DNA of 64,000 nt. Origin: Candidatus Palauibacter soopunensis. GTDB taxonomy: Bacteria > Gemmatimonadota > Gemmatimonadetes > Palauibacterales > Palauibacteraceae. Every line of letters starts with the position of its first letter. The stretch's first letter is position 1. A model generated the notes under the pieces. That model ran no database searches. It was not told where the DNA came from and was given only the letters and a program-made list of their open reading frames with translations. This document shows positions 26,973 to 36,324 of the stretch, one piece after another. The stretch is taken from NCBI RefSeq assembly GCF_947581735.1, contig NZ_CANPVT010000002.1, forward strand, positions 522,144 to 586,143, read 5' to 3'. The position numbers and the translations under genes are program-made.

Positions 26973-28429
26973 TCCGGGTCCTCGTCGCTGAGGATGAGCC
27001 AGCGGAGCCTCCTGTCGCTCACCTCGCGGCGGAGAGGCGCGGCGGCGCGGTAGAAGACGAGCCCGAGCGCCGCCCAGACGACGAGGACGATCCACTCGGC
27101 GGGGATCCGGCCGCCCGCGCCATGGAAGGGTTCCCAGATCGAAGCTCCGAGCAGCCCCAGCGCGATGACGGCACTGAGAACCAGGAAGCCCCGGCCGCCG
27201 GGCACGGTGTAGGGACGCGGATGGTCGGGGCGCGTCTTCCGCAGCCGCAGGACGCCCAGCACGACGACGAGGAAGACGATCATGGCCGAGATCGCGGCGC
27301 CTCCGACGATGACGAGGATGGCGTTGCGGCCGAACAGCGCCCCCACGCTCCCCATGACGGCCACGAAGATGACGGCGGCCGACGGCGAACCGTAGCGGTC
27401 GTGCACCCTGGCGAGGCGGTGGGGGATCATGTGCGCCCGAGCCATGGCGAAGACGATCCGCGTGGAGGCGAAGAAGATCGCGTTCCACGTCGTGATCAGC
27501 CCGCAGAGTCCGGCGAACAGCACGACCCGGCCCAGGAACGGCGAGCCCAGGGCGGCCTCGATCGCGGCCGCGGCCGGAAGCTCGGACGCGAGCAGTTCCG
27601 CGCGGGGCATGCTCATGGCCGTCGCCAGAATCACGAGGCAGTAGAAGACGAGCGCGAACAGGATGGAGGCGCCCATGACGCGCGGCAGGAGCCGCAGCTT
27701 CGCGCCCTCCTCCACCTCCTCCATCGCCTGCGGAATCGTGTCGAAGCCGGCGAACCAGAACGCGGCGGTCCCGAGCACGATGCCCACGCCGACCAGGGCC
27801 GCCCCCGGCGTCGTCCCGCTGAACATGGGCTCCAGGTTCGCGACGCTGCCCCCCACGACGCCCGCGACGACGAAGATGAGAGTGAGGATGATGAGCCCCG
27901 CCGTCATCAGGTCCTGGAACCAGGCCGCCGTCTTTCCGCCGCGGTAGTTGATGAACGTGATCGCGGCCATCACGGCGAGTCCGAGGGCGAGGCTCCACAG
28001 CCGCACCTCCTGCCCCAGCAGCGTGTAGATGACCGGACCGCCGAACCCCGGGACGAGAGCGGACACGACCCATTCCACGGAGATCGCCTCGAAGGAGGTC
28101 GTGAAGATGTAGGAGAACGCAAGGAACCACGCGGCGGCGAAACTCCAGCGCGCTCCCCACGCCTCGAATACGTACGCGACCTCGCCGCCGGTGACCGGGT
28201 ACGCGGCCGCCATCTCCGAGTAGCAGAGTCCGATCGCGAGAATGCCGAGGCCGCCGAGCACGAACGCGATGATGGCCCCGATCGCGCCGGCGCCGCTCAG
28301 CCACGCCCCCATGACCGTGATCCAGCCGACCCCAATGATGGTGCCGAAGGCGAGCGAGAAGAGCGACCGGAGCCGGATCCCCCGCCCGAGTTCCTCCCGT
28401 CCGCCCTCCGCCCCCGGCTGGCCCGGCAC
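26969..28429 (-). CDS. APC-family amino acid permease
   Basis: About 486 aa, 12 TM helices. GTG start (residue 130 of ORF 26969..28816) overlaps the BKACE stop (TAGTG). Confidence 0.8.
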   Translation of the reverse strand: MPGQPGAEGGREELGRGIRLRSLFSLAFGTIIGVGWITVMGAWLSGAGAIGAIIAFVLGGLGILAIGLCYSEMAAAYPVTGGEVAYVFEAWGARWSFAAAWFLAFSYIFTTSFEAISVEWVVSALVPGFGGPVIYTLLGQEVRLWSLALGLAVMAAITFINYRGGKTAAWFQDLMTAGLIILTLIFVVAGVVGGSVANLEPMFSGTTPGAALVGVGIVLGTAAFWFAGFDTIPQAMEEVEEGAKLRLLPRVMGASILFALVFYCLVILATAMSMPRAELLASELPAAAAIEAALGSPFLGRVVLFAGLCGLITTWNAIFFASTRIVFAMARAHMIPHRLARVHDRYGSPSAAVIFVAVMGSVGALFGRNAILVIVGGAAISAMIVFLVVVLGVLRLRKTRPDHPRPYTVPGGRGFLVLSAVIALGLLGASIWEPFHGAGGRIPAEWIVLVVWAALGLVFYRAAAPLRREVSDRRLRWLILSDEDPE

Positions 28430-29388
28430 TAGCTGTACCGTGTCGGCGTGGCCGAAAGCCCGAGCATTTCGCGCGCCTGCGCGGGCGTGGCGACCTCGCG
28501 GTTCAGCTCGTGTGCGATCCGGACGGCCCGCTCCACGAGCTGGCGGTTGCTCTCCACCTTGTGACCGCGGCGGTAGTAGATGTTGTCCTCGAGGCCCACG
28601 CGGACATGGCCTCCCATGAGAGTGGCGAGCGTGGTCATGGGAAGCTGGTGCGGCCCGATGCCGGAGCACAGCCAGACGGAACCCTCGGGGAACTCCCGGA
28701 CCATGTTCACGACGTTGTCGACGGTCGGCCAGCTCGACGTCTGGTAGCCCATCACGGTCTGAACCCAGTAGGGCGCCTCGATGAGGCCCTGCGCCATCAA
28801 GTCCCGGATCACCCACCCGCAGCCGGGGTGGTAGGTCTCGAGTTCGGGCTTGATGCCGCGCGCCTTCATCTCCGCCGCGAAGTGCGCGATCTGCCTGTAG
28901 GAGAACGGCGTGCAGTCGTCGAAGTCGATCGCGGGGCGGGGGTGCGTGTACTCCTCCCCGCGCGGCTTGAGTTTGAACTTGCCCATGTCCGGGGCGAGGT
29001 TCAGCGACGCGACCTCGGGGTTGGCGTCGAGGCAGGACAGGCGCTGTTCATCGTCCATCCACAGGTCGCCGCCGGTGGTATTGTTGATGATGATCTCGGG
29101 GCAGCGCTCGCGCAGGCGGCGGTTCGCCTCGAGCCAGACCTCGGTCGTCGTCGCCCCCTTCCACAGCGTCTCGGGGTTGCGGGCGTGGATGTGCACCATC
29201 GAGGCGCCTGCGTCGTACGCCTCGCCGACGGACTCGGCCAGCTCCTCGGACGTCTCCGGGAGGGCGTCGTTATACTCCTTGCCCTGGATGCCGCCGTTCG
29301 CGGCCAGACAGATGATGACGGGGGGCATGCCGCCGGCGACCCTGTCCATGTAGGCGTAGGGGTCGCCGTAGTTCCAGGTTCTGGTCAT
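28429..29388 (-). CDS. beta-keto acid cleavage enzyme (BKACE/DUF849, 3-keto-5-aminohexanoate cleavage enzyme family)
   Basis: 319 aa TIM-barrel protein with a close Kce-family match (YAYMDRVAGGMPPVIICLAANG...IHARNPETLWKG...GHVRVGLEDN). Confidence 0.85.
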   Translation of the reverse strand: MTRTWNYGDPYAYMDRVAGGMPPVIICLAANGGIQGKEYNDALPETSEELAESVGEAYDAGASMVHIHARNPETLWKGATTTEVWLEANRRLRERCPEIIINNTTGGDLWMDDEQRLSCLDANPEVASLNLAPDMGKFKLKPRGEEYTHPRPAIDFDDCTPFSYRQIAHFAAEMKARGIKPELETYHPGCGWVIRDLMAQGLIEAPYWVQTVMGYQTSSWPTVDNVVNMVREFPEGSVWLCSGIGPHQLPMTTLATLMGGHVRVGLEDNIYYRRGHKVESNRQLVERAVRIAHELNREVATPAQAREMLGLSATPTRYS

Positions 29389-29488
29389 CTGCTCCTCGGA
29401 AGGCTGTGAAGGCTGTTATCGTCTCAAGAGGTTGTCCCCGGTCCTCGGGGAGCCTTGGCCATTTCACACCGATTCACAAGAGGATGCC

Positions 29489-30391
29489 ATGTCCGGTACG
29501 GAGCGTGCCGCAGGGACCGTAGCCATCATCGGCGCGGGAACGATGGGACGACGGATCGCCTACGGCTGCGCCGTGCGGGGGGTGGGCGCGCGGCTGCACG
29601 ATGTCTCGGAGGAGGCGCTCGCCGGAGCGCTGGTTACCGTGCGCGAGTTGCTCGAGGCCGCGGACGAAGGGGACGGGCACGGGGCCGGCGCGACACATGG
29701 CGTCGTGGAGGCGTGCAGGGACCTCGAGGACTGCGTGCGGGAGGCGGACTGGGTCATCGAGACGGTCCACGAAGACCTCGAACTGAAACGCGTCGTCCTC
29801 GGGCGGATCGGCGCGGCGGCGCCGCCGGAGGCGTTCATCGCCTCCAACACCTCCTCGCTGCCGGGTTCGTGGATGGCGGAGTCGACGGGGCGTCCCGGGC
29901 GGTTCACGAACATGAACTTCGGCCCGCCGGAGGACCTCAAGGTCGAGGTCATGGGGCACCCCGGCACCGACCCCGCGACGATCGATGCGGCGAAGCAGTT
30001 CCTGCGCCGGCTCGGCCTCGTGCCGATCGTCGCCCGTCGCGAGATCCAGGGCTATCCGACGAACCGGATCTGGCGCGCGATCAAGAAGGAGTCGCTGCAG
30101 CTGGTCGCCGGCGGATACCTGAGCGCCGAAGAGATCGACCGGGCGTGGATGCTCGACTGGGGCACGCCGATTGGGCCGTGCGGACTTATGGACGTGGTCG
30201 GACTCGACGTCGTGCGCGACATCGAGAACGTGTACTACGAGGCCTCCGGCGACCCGTCCGACAAGCCGCCCGACTTCCTCGACCGGATGGTCGAGCGGGG
30301 GGAACTCGGTGTGAAGTCGGGGAAGGGGTTCTACACCTACCCGTCGCCCGTCTTCGAACGGGAGGGCTGGCTCACGGCCTCCGACGACTGA
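29489..30391 (+). CDS. 3-hydroxyacyl-CoA dehydrogenase family NAD-binding protein (carnitine/3-hydroxybutyryl-CoA dehydrogenase-like)
   Basis: Starts at M20 of ORF 29432..30391 with RBS aagagga. Rossmann block IIGAGTMG and a C-terminal HADH dimerisation domain. Divergent from the BKACE operon. Confidence 0.8.
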   Translation: MSGTERAAGTVAIIGAGTMGRRIAYGCAVRGVGARLHDVSEEALAGALVTVRELLEAADEGDGHGAGATHGVVEACRDLEDCVREADWVIETVHEDLELKRVVLGRIGAAAPPEAFIASNTSSLPGSWMAESTGRPGRFTNMNFGPPEDLKVEVMGHPGTDPATIDAAKQFLRRLGLVPIVARREIQGYPTNRIWRAIKKESLQLVAGGYLSAEEIDRAWMLDWGTPIGPCGLMDVVGLDVVRDIENVYYEASGDPSDKPPDFLDRMVERGELGVKSGKGFYTYPSPVFEREGWLTASDD

Positions 30392-30394
30392 CGC

Positions 30395-30832
30395 CTACCA
30401 GGTCACGACGCCGTCCCGGCCGACGCGCAATTCGTCGCCGGTCTCGACCCGGTCGAGCAGTTCGGGCCCCAGCCGGTCCACGCACACGATCGCCGTGTCG
30501 AGCCAGACATCGGCCAGGATGAGGCCGCCGGCCGTGAGCGGATCCACCTCCCCGGGCAGGAGGAGTGCGGCGGGGGCGAGGCCGAGTTCCGCGATGCGCT
30601 CCCAGCAGGGCCCGGCCGACGTCGATCCTACGCAGAAGGGCGCGAGGATGATCCGCCCGGTGAGCGGTTCGCCGAAGAGTTCGGTGTTCTGCGGATCCCC
30701 GCACACGGCCGTGTCGATTCCCCCGTCGAACTGGTCGCAGAAGCTCGCGAAGGGGTTGAACCCGGCCCGCGACACGGCGGCGGGCGCCGCGGTCTCGCCG
30801 GCGATGACCGCGCGGCCCCGGAAGCGCGGCAT
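30395..30832 (-). CDS. AcnX type II small (swivel, DUF126) subunit
   Basis: 145 aa from M124 of ORF 30395..31201 (MPRFRGRAVIAGET...ILAPFCVGSTSAGPCW). ATG overlaps the large-subunit stop (TGATG). Confidence 0.7.
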   Translation of the reverse strand: MPRFRGRAVIAGETAAPAAVSRAGFNPFASFCDQFDGGIDTAVCGDPQNTELFGEPLTGRIILAPFCVGSTSAGPCWERIAELGLAPAALLLPGEVDPLTAGGLILADVWLDTAIVCVDRLGPELLDRVETGDELRVGRDGVVTW

Positions 30833-32172
30833 CAGGCCTGCACCTCGGAGGAGGTCCCGAAGGAGGCCCGCATGGAGCCCGCGGCGGGGGTTCCCGCGCC
30901 CCCCGTCACCATCACCCGCAGGAGCGCGTCGTCGTCGAGCATGTACACGTTGCGACTGTAGTAGCGGAGCTTGTTCGAGTTCGTGACCACGCAGGCGGGC
31001 GCGAGGATCGGATCCTGCATGAACGCTTCGAGGCAGAAGGAGCCCACGTGTCCTCCCGCGAGAGCGAGGGTCGCGAAGCCCGGATGTTCGGCGCGGAAGC
31101 GGGACACCACGTCGGGGGCCGCGACGAAGACCGTCTCCACCGCGAGGCGGTCGCGTCCGGCGCGCGCGAGTTCGCCCTCCACCGCATCGGTCCACGCGCA
31201 CAACTGGTCGTAGGTGAGGTGTGGGCAGCCGAGCAGGACCTTGTTCGGCCGCAGCTCATCGACTGGGCGGTCGGCGCGCAGCGACGCTCCGACCGACTCG
31301 ATCTGTCCCTCGTCGATCATCAGCCGGCGAGCGTCGTCGCGGATGAGCCGCCGGCCGTACCGCTTCGCCTCCACGGTGACGCCCTCCACGTGGAAGAGGC
31401 CGACCCCGCCCCCCACGGAGGCGTTCGTCCCGAAATCGCGCAGGAACTTCGCGCGGGCCGGGTGTTCGCCGCCATCGAGCATGTCCGCGAGGCCCGTCAC
31501 CCAGGGGATCCCGTCCCCGACTTCCCGCCCGACGATGTAGCCGAGCACCTGTCCGTTGATCGGCCCCGCCGCCTCGACCTCGACGAGCCAGCTCGCGCGC
31601 CGCCCCTCGTCCGTCAGCAGGCCGGCGAGCGGCGTCTTGCCGACGACGTTGGAGATGAGATCGATGATCCCGGGATTCCGGTGCGTGCGCGCGCCGATGA
31701 CGGAGTTCGCGTACACCACCGCGGAGGACTCCGCCCAGGCCACGATCTGGCCGTACGAGGGCCGGTTCGCGACCTCCTCGAACCAGGGCGTGCAGGTCAG
31801 GCCGCCCGCGTCGCGCAGGCCCAGCTTCGTGAGCGCCTCCCGGTAGCGCAGCTCCATCGGGTAGGCGCGGGCAAGCCGCTGCCGCTGGTTGTCTGTCAGG
31901 TCCGATAGCGTCTCGTTGAGGATCGTGGCCGGGTCGGCCGTGAACGGAAGCGCGGCCCGGACCCCGGCGTCGACGAGCGACTCGAGAAACTCCGTCCGCG
32001 CCCCGACCCCGGGCTTGGACTCCGGAATCACGAGGTGCCCCGGACCCTCCACCGGCACGAGCCGCTCCGCATCCATCGCCTCGCCGAAGCGGACCATGGT
32101 GAGGAGGAGCTTGCGGGGGATCTCCCCCCGGCTCCCGTCGAGGACCTCTCGCTCGTCTCGGGTCAGATCCAT
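30832..32172 (-). CDS. AcnX type II large (DUF521) catalytic subunit (cis-3-hydroxy-L-proline dehydratase / phosphomevalonate dehydratase family)
   Basis: About 446 aa from M70 of ORF 30832..32379 (MDLTRDEREVLDGSRGEIPRKLLLTMVRFGEAM), typical AcnX N-terminus and body. Confidence 0.8.
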   Translation of the reverse strand: MDLTRDEREVLDGSRGEIPRKLLLTMVRFGEAMDAERLVPVEGPGHLVIPESKPGVGARTEFLESLVDAGVRAALPFTADPATILNETLSDLTDNQRQRLARAYPMELRYREALTKLGLRDAGGLTCTPWFEEVANRPSYGQIVAWAESSAVVYANSVIGARTHRNPGIIDLISNVVGKTPLAGLLTDEGRRASWLVEVEAAGPINGQVLGYIVGREVGDGIPWVTGLADMLDGGEHPARAKFLRDFGTNASVGGGVGLFHVEGVTVEAKRYGRRLIRDDARRLMIDEGQIESVGASLRADRPVDELRPNKVLLGCPHLTYDQLCAWTDAVEGELARAGRDRLAVETVFVAAPDVVSRFRAEHPGFATLALAGGHVGSFCLEAFMQDPILAPACVVTNSNKLRYYSRNVYMLDDDALLRVMVTGGAGTPAAGSMRASFGTSSEVQA

Positions 32173-32363
32173 CGCACCGTCGACTGTCACCTCTTTGGAC
32201 GTTCTCGGCCGTTCCCGGAGGCTCGGTCGCGGAGTGGCGGATTCACAAGACCGGCGCCATGTACGAAAACCTTCGTTGACAGGGTGCACCTCACCACGTA
32301 TTCTTTCGTACGAAGATGTTCGTATATGCGTGGGCGGGGACGTTTCCAGGAGGGGGTGAAGCC

Positions 32364-32738
32364 TTGAGGGATCCGACATTCAGCGACCGGGAGCTGGACA
32401 TCATGAGCGTCCTGTGGCGCCGCGGGTCCGGTTCCGTGAGCGAGGTCATGGACGCGCTCGAGGACGAGGTCGGCTACACGACCGTGCTCAAGTTCCTCCA
32501 GATCCTGGAGAAGAAGGGCGCCGTCCGGCACGAGGCCGAAGGTCGGGCGTATCGCTACTTCCCGCTCGTGGCCTCCGAGGCGGCGGGAGAAACGGCGCTG
32601 GCCCGGATCCGGGACAAGATCTTCGGCGGGTCGGCCGAACTCGTCCTCGCCCAGCTCATCTCGGGCCGGGAGGTCTCGCCGGAGGAACTGGAGCGCATGC
32701 GGCGGATCCTCGATGAACTGGAGGAGGGCGAGCTGTGA
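32364..32738 (+). CDS. BlaI/MecI/CopY-family transcriptional repressor
   Basis: Probable TTG start after ggaggggg gives LRDPTFSDRELDIMSVLWRRGSGSVSEVMDAL, the winged-helix penicillinase-repressor N-terminus. Confidence 0.8.
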   Translation: MRDPTFSDRELDIMSVLWRRGSGSVSEVMDALEDEVGYTTVLKFLQILEKKGAVRHEAEGRAYRYFPLVASEAAGETALARIRDKIFGGSAELVLAQLISGREVSPEELERMRRILDELEEGEL

Positions 32739-34174
32739 CTCTGGCCACGATGATCTATGGGCTGATCGTCGCCGTCCTTGTCGCCGGGGCCGCGTGGTGC
32801 CTCGACCGGGGTCTCCGGGCCCACGGGCGGCCGACTCGCTGGGTCTGGATCGGCGCCCTCGGGGTTGGCGGGCTGGCGCCGTTCTTTCCCCGATTCCTTC
32901 CGGCGGCGGCAACGGCGGATGGCCCCGGGCCCTTCGCCCTTCCCGTCCGCGCCCTCTATGAACTCGGAACTCCGGCGCCTTCGCTCCCGGAGCAGGGCGG
33001 GAGCTTCCTCGCCGGGGTCGGGATGGAGGATTCTCTGGGAGCCCTCTGGGTCGTGGGTTCCATCTTCGTCCTTGTCCTCTTCGCCCTGCTCTGCCTCCGC
33101 CTGCGGCGGTTGCGCACGACGTGGGAGCCCCGGGACGTCTGCGGCGAGGAAGTGCTGCGGTCGGAGAAGTTCGGGCCGGCCGTCGTGGGGCTCATCCGGT
33201 CACGGATCGTCCTTCCGTCGTGGGCCTTCGGCCTCGGCAAAAAGGAACTCGAGATGGTCGTGCTGCACGAACGGGAACACGTGCGGGCGTGCGATCCGAT
33301 CCTCCTGACAGTGGGGCTCCTGCTCGCGGCGCTCTCGCCCTGGAACCCCGCGGTCTGGTGGTCGCTCGCCAGGCTCCGGCTCGCCGTGGAAGGGGACTGC
33401 GACCGCCGCGTTCTGGCCCGCGGCACACCCGCCCGGAGCTACGCCCGCCTGCTTCTGACGGTTGCCGCCGGGTGTCGGCGGACGCCGGATCCGGCGCCGG
33501 CCCTGATCCGCGGCGGCCACTCGGTAATCGAAAGGAGACTCATGATGATCAGGACCGCGACGAGGAAGCCCCGAATCCGGGCTTCCATCCTCACCGCCGC
33601 AGCCGGGTTGGGCCTGTTCGCCCTCGCCTGCGACACCCCGATCCCGCAGAGCCCGGCCGAGCCCGAGCGCGCCTCGCGCGTGGAGGGCGTCGTCAGCGCG
33701 GAGGGAGTCGCCAACTGGGACGGTATGGAAGTGGAGGTCAAGTACGAGGATGGAACCTCCCTGGTCCACTCGGGAAAATGGGCGGTCGATCCGGAAGCAG
33801 GTGTCGGATACGTGGATGAAGACGGAACCTTCCAGGCGCTCGACCTCGGCCCGGAAGCCGAAGCGCGCGTTCGCAGCACCGTCGAGCGCCTCGAGCGCGA
33901 GGTCGAAATTGTGCGTGAGAGGCTCGATGGGCGCCTGCAATCGGGCGAAATCACGAAAGAGGCGATCCCGAGGGATCTTTGGCTGAGCCTTGAAGGCGTG
34001 AGCGAGCGCATCGGGGAGTTGACTCCCAGGCTGGAGGAGTTGGCCATGGAGGTCCGCCGGCTCGACGCGGCTGCCGAGGCAGGCGAGATCACGTACGACG
34101 AGTGGGAGCAAATGCTACGGACCTACATGGAGGCGCATAACGCCCGGCTGCGCGCGCGCGACAAGCCGCACTGA
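32735..34174 (+). CDS. BlaR1/MecR1-family M56 peptidase signal transducer with non-canonical C-terminal domain
   Basis: GTG overlaps the blaI-like stop (GTGA). TM region plus HEREHV zinc motif. The C-terminal 200 aa is coiled-coil/acidic and has no SxxK penicillin-binding sensor. Confidence 0.8.
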   Translation: MTLATMIYGLIVAVLVAGAAWCLDRGLRAHGRPTRWVWIGALGVGGLAPFFPRFLPAAATADGPGPFALPVRALYELGTPAPSLPEQGGSFLAGVGMEDSLGALWVVGSIFVLVLFALLCLRLRRLRTTWEPRDVCGEEVLRSEKFGPAVVGLIRSRIVLPSWAFGLGKKELEMVVLHEREHVRACDPILLTVGLLLAALSPWNPAVWWSLARLRLAVEGDCDRRVLARGTPARSYARLLLTVAAGCRRTPDPAPALIRGGHSVIERRLMMIRTATRKPRIRASILTAAAGLGLFALACDTPIPQSPAEPERASRVEGVVSAEGVANWDGMEVEVKYEDGTSLVHSGKWAVDPEAGVGYVDEDGTFQALDLGPEAEARVRSTVERLEREVEIVRERLDGRLQSGEITKEAIPRDLWLSLEGVSERIGELTPRLEELAMEVRRLDAAAEAGEITYDEWEQMLRTYMEAHNARLRARDKPH

Positions 34175-34242
34175 TCCGCGACCCCGGCGCCGGAGACCGT
34201 TGCGGCCCGGCGTCCCCGGCGGCACCGTAACTCCGTTCGGTC

Positions 34243-34283
34243 GCGCCTCCGAACCCTGACCCGAGGGTCGGACTCGGAGGCGC
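34243..34283 (+). promoter_or_regulatory. perfect 10 bp inverted repeat gcgcctccga...tcggaggcgc (21 nt spacer) between the blaR1-like and tannase genes
   Basis: Seen directly in the sequence. Could be a T-less terminator or an operator site. Confidence 0.35.
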
Positions 34284-34315
34284 CAGTCGCGGGACACTCC
34301 GACCCGGGGAAACAC

Positions 34316-35845
34316 ATGACTCCGACGCGCCGCCTCGCGGCTTCGTCCGCCGCCGTCCTGACCCTGACCGCCTTCGCCCCCGCCCCCACGGTCGACCTCG
34401 TCCCCGCCCTCGCGTGCGATGAACTGACCGCCATGTCGTGGAGCGGTTTCACGCTGGACGAGGTGTCGGAGGTCGAGGCCGGAGCCAACGACCCGGCGCA
34501 CTGCCGCGTGCGCGGGACGATCGACGAGGAGATCCACTTCGAACTCCTCCTCCCGCTGGCCGAAGACTGGAACGGCCGCTTCCTGATGGGCGGCGGCGGC
34601 GGGTTCGTGGGGAGCGTACAGAACCAGGCGCTCCAGTTCGCGGGGCCGGTTTCGGTCCTGAGCCGCGGGTTCGCCACGGTGGGCACGGACACGGGACACC
34701 AGGGCCCGGGCATCGACGCGAGCTGGGCGCTGAACCGGCCCGACCGCGAGGTGAACTTCGGCCACCGGGCGGTGCACGTGACGGCGGAGACGGCGAAGAC
34801 GATCGTCCGCCTCTTCTACGGCCGCGACATCGACTACTCCTACTTCATCGGCTGCTCGCGCGGCGGGGGCCAGGCGATGATGTCGTCGCAGCGCTATCCG
34901 GACGATTTCGACGGCATCGTGTCCGGGGCTCCGGCCTACGACTGGCCCGGCCTCGGCGCCTTCTTCCTCCAGACCCAGCAGGCGCTGTATCCCGACCCGA
35001 ACGACCTCGCGACGCCCGTGATCACGGACGAGGCCGCGGCCATCCTCGAAGCCGCGATTCTCGAGGCGTGCGACGGAAACGACGGCGTGGAGGACGGGTT
35101 CATGACGAACCCGATGGCGTGCGATATCGACATCGCCTCGATCCCGGGACTGACCGACGAACAGCGGGCGGCCGCGGAGGTCATCTACGGCGGCGCCCGC
35201 GCGGGGGACCGGCACGTTTACCCCGGCTTCCCCTTCGGGGGCGAGACGGACCAGGGGGGATGGAGGCTGTGGGTCACGGGCCGGGAGATGCAGCTCGGAC
35301 CGGGCGGACCCAACCTCCACTACGCCTTCGGCACCCAGATGTACAAGTACATCATCTTCGACGACCCCGAGTTCGACTACTCCACGTACGACTTCAGCGA
35401 CTACTTCTCGTGGGAGGAGGACACGCGCCGCGCCCGCGCGATCCTGAACGCGACGGACACGGACCTGAGCGGCTTCAAGACGGCGGGCGGGAAGCTGATC
35501 CTGTGGACCGGCTGGTCGGACTCGGCGATCCCCGCCAGCGGCACGATCGCCTACTACGAGGGCGTGACCACGGGCGACGAGGAGGCGGACGACTACACGC
35601 GGCTGTTCATGCTGCCCGGTGTGCTGCACTGCGCGGGTGGCCCGGGTCCCGACTTCGTCGACTGGATCGCCGCCATCCAGTCGTGGGTGGAGGAGGACGA
35701 GGCCCCGGAGCGGCTCGTCGCGTCGAAGTTCGGCGAGTCCGGCGTCGAGATGCAGCGGCCCGTGTGCCCGTGGCCGGCCTACGCCGCCTACAACGGCACC
35801 GGAGACCCGAAGCAGGAGGACAGCTTCGAATGCGTCGCACCGTGA
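34316..35845 (+). CDS. tannase/feruloyl esterase family alpha/beta hydrolase, secreted
   Basis: 509 aa with signal peptide and nucleophile motif GCSRGG in the tannase-family context. Confidence 0.8.
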   Translation: MTPTRRLAASSAAVLTLTAFAPAPTVDLVPALACDELTAMSWSGFTLDEVSEVEAGANDPAHCRVRGTIDEEIHFELLLPLAEDWNGRFLMGGGGGFVGSVQNQALQFAGPVSVLSRGFATVGTDTGHQGPGIDASWALNRPDREVNFGHRAVHVTAETAKTIVRLFYGRDIDYSYFIGCSRGGGQAMMSSQRYPDDFDGIVSGAPAYDWPGLGAFFLQTQQALYPDPNDLATPVITDEAAAILEAAILEACDGNDGVEDGFMTNPMACDIDIASIPGLTDEQRAAAEVIYGGARAGDRHVYPGFPFGGETDQGGWRLWVTGREMQLGPGGPNLHYAFGTQMYKYIIFDDPEFDYSTYDFSDYFSWEEDTRRARAILNATDTDLSGFKTAGGKLILWTGWSDSAIPASGTIAYYEGVTTGDEEADDYTRLFMLPGVLHCAGGPGPDFVDWIAAIQSWVEEDEAPERLVASKFGESGVEMQRPVCPWPAYAAYNGTGDPKQEDSFECVAP

Positions 35846-36324
35846 TTACGCTCAGAGTGAATGGCGAGACGCACTCGCTGGACGTGGAACCCTCGACCCC
35901 GCTGCTCTACGTCCTCCGGAACGACCTCGGACTCAGGGGGCCCCGGTTCGGCTGCGGCCTCGGCCAGTGCGGGACGTGCACGGTCCTCATGGACGGCCGC
36001 GCCATCCGCTCGTGCATGCGGCCGGTGTCCCGCGCGGAGGGCGAGATCACCACGCTCGAGGGACTCTCTGCCGACGGAGAGCTGGATCCCGTGCAGCAGG
36101 CGTGGATCGACGAGCAGGTGCCGCAGTGCGGGTACTGCCAGAACGGCCAGATCCTCACGGCCAAGGCGCTCCTCGACCGCAATCCGGAGCCGAGCGACGA
36201 GGAGATCCGGCAGGGGATGAACGGCGCGCTCTGCCGCTGCATGACGTACTACCGGATCCAGTCCGCCGTGAAGCGCGCCTCGGAGGCGATAGCGAACGGG
36301 GAAGGTGGGGAGGTGGACCGGTGA
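35830..36324 (+). CDS. (2Fe-2S)-binding small subunit of a molybdenum hydroxylase (IorA/CoxS-like)
   Basis: In-frame ATG inside track ORF 34438..36324. Two 2Fe-2S cysteine motifs (CGLGQCGTCTV and CGYCQNGQ...CRC). Overlaps the tannase 3' end by 16 nt. Confidence 0.85.
   Translation: MRRTVITLRVNGETHSLDVEPSTPLLYVLRNDLGLRGPRFGCGLGQCGTCTVLMDGRAIRSCMRPVSRAEGEITTLEGLSADGELDPVQQAWIDEQVPQCGYCQNGQILTAKALLDRNPEPSDEEIRQGMNGALCRCMTYYRIQSAVKRASEAIANGEGGEVDR

Noticed and set aside
25680-28304. 874-aa minus ORF suggesting a fused giant protein
   Set aside because: N-terminal extension is alternate-frame read-through of the permease gene. The real gene starts at MNTSRRHFLRR (26972) with RBS and Tat motif
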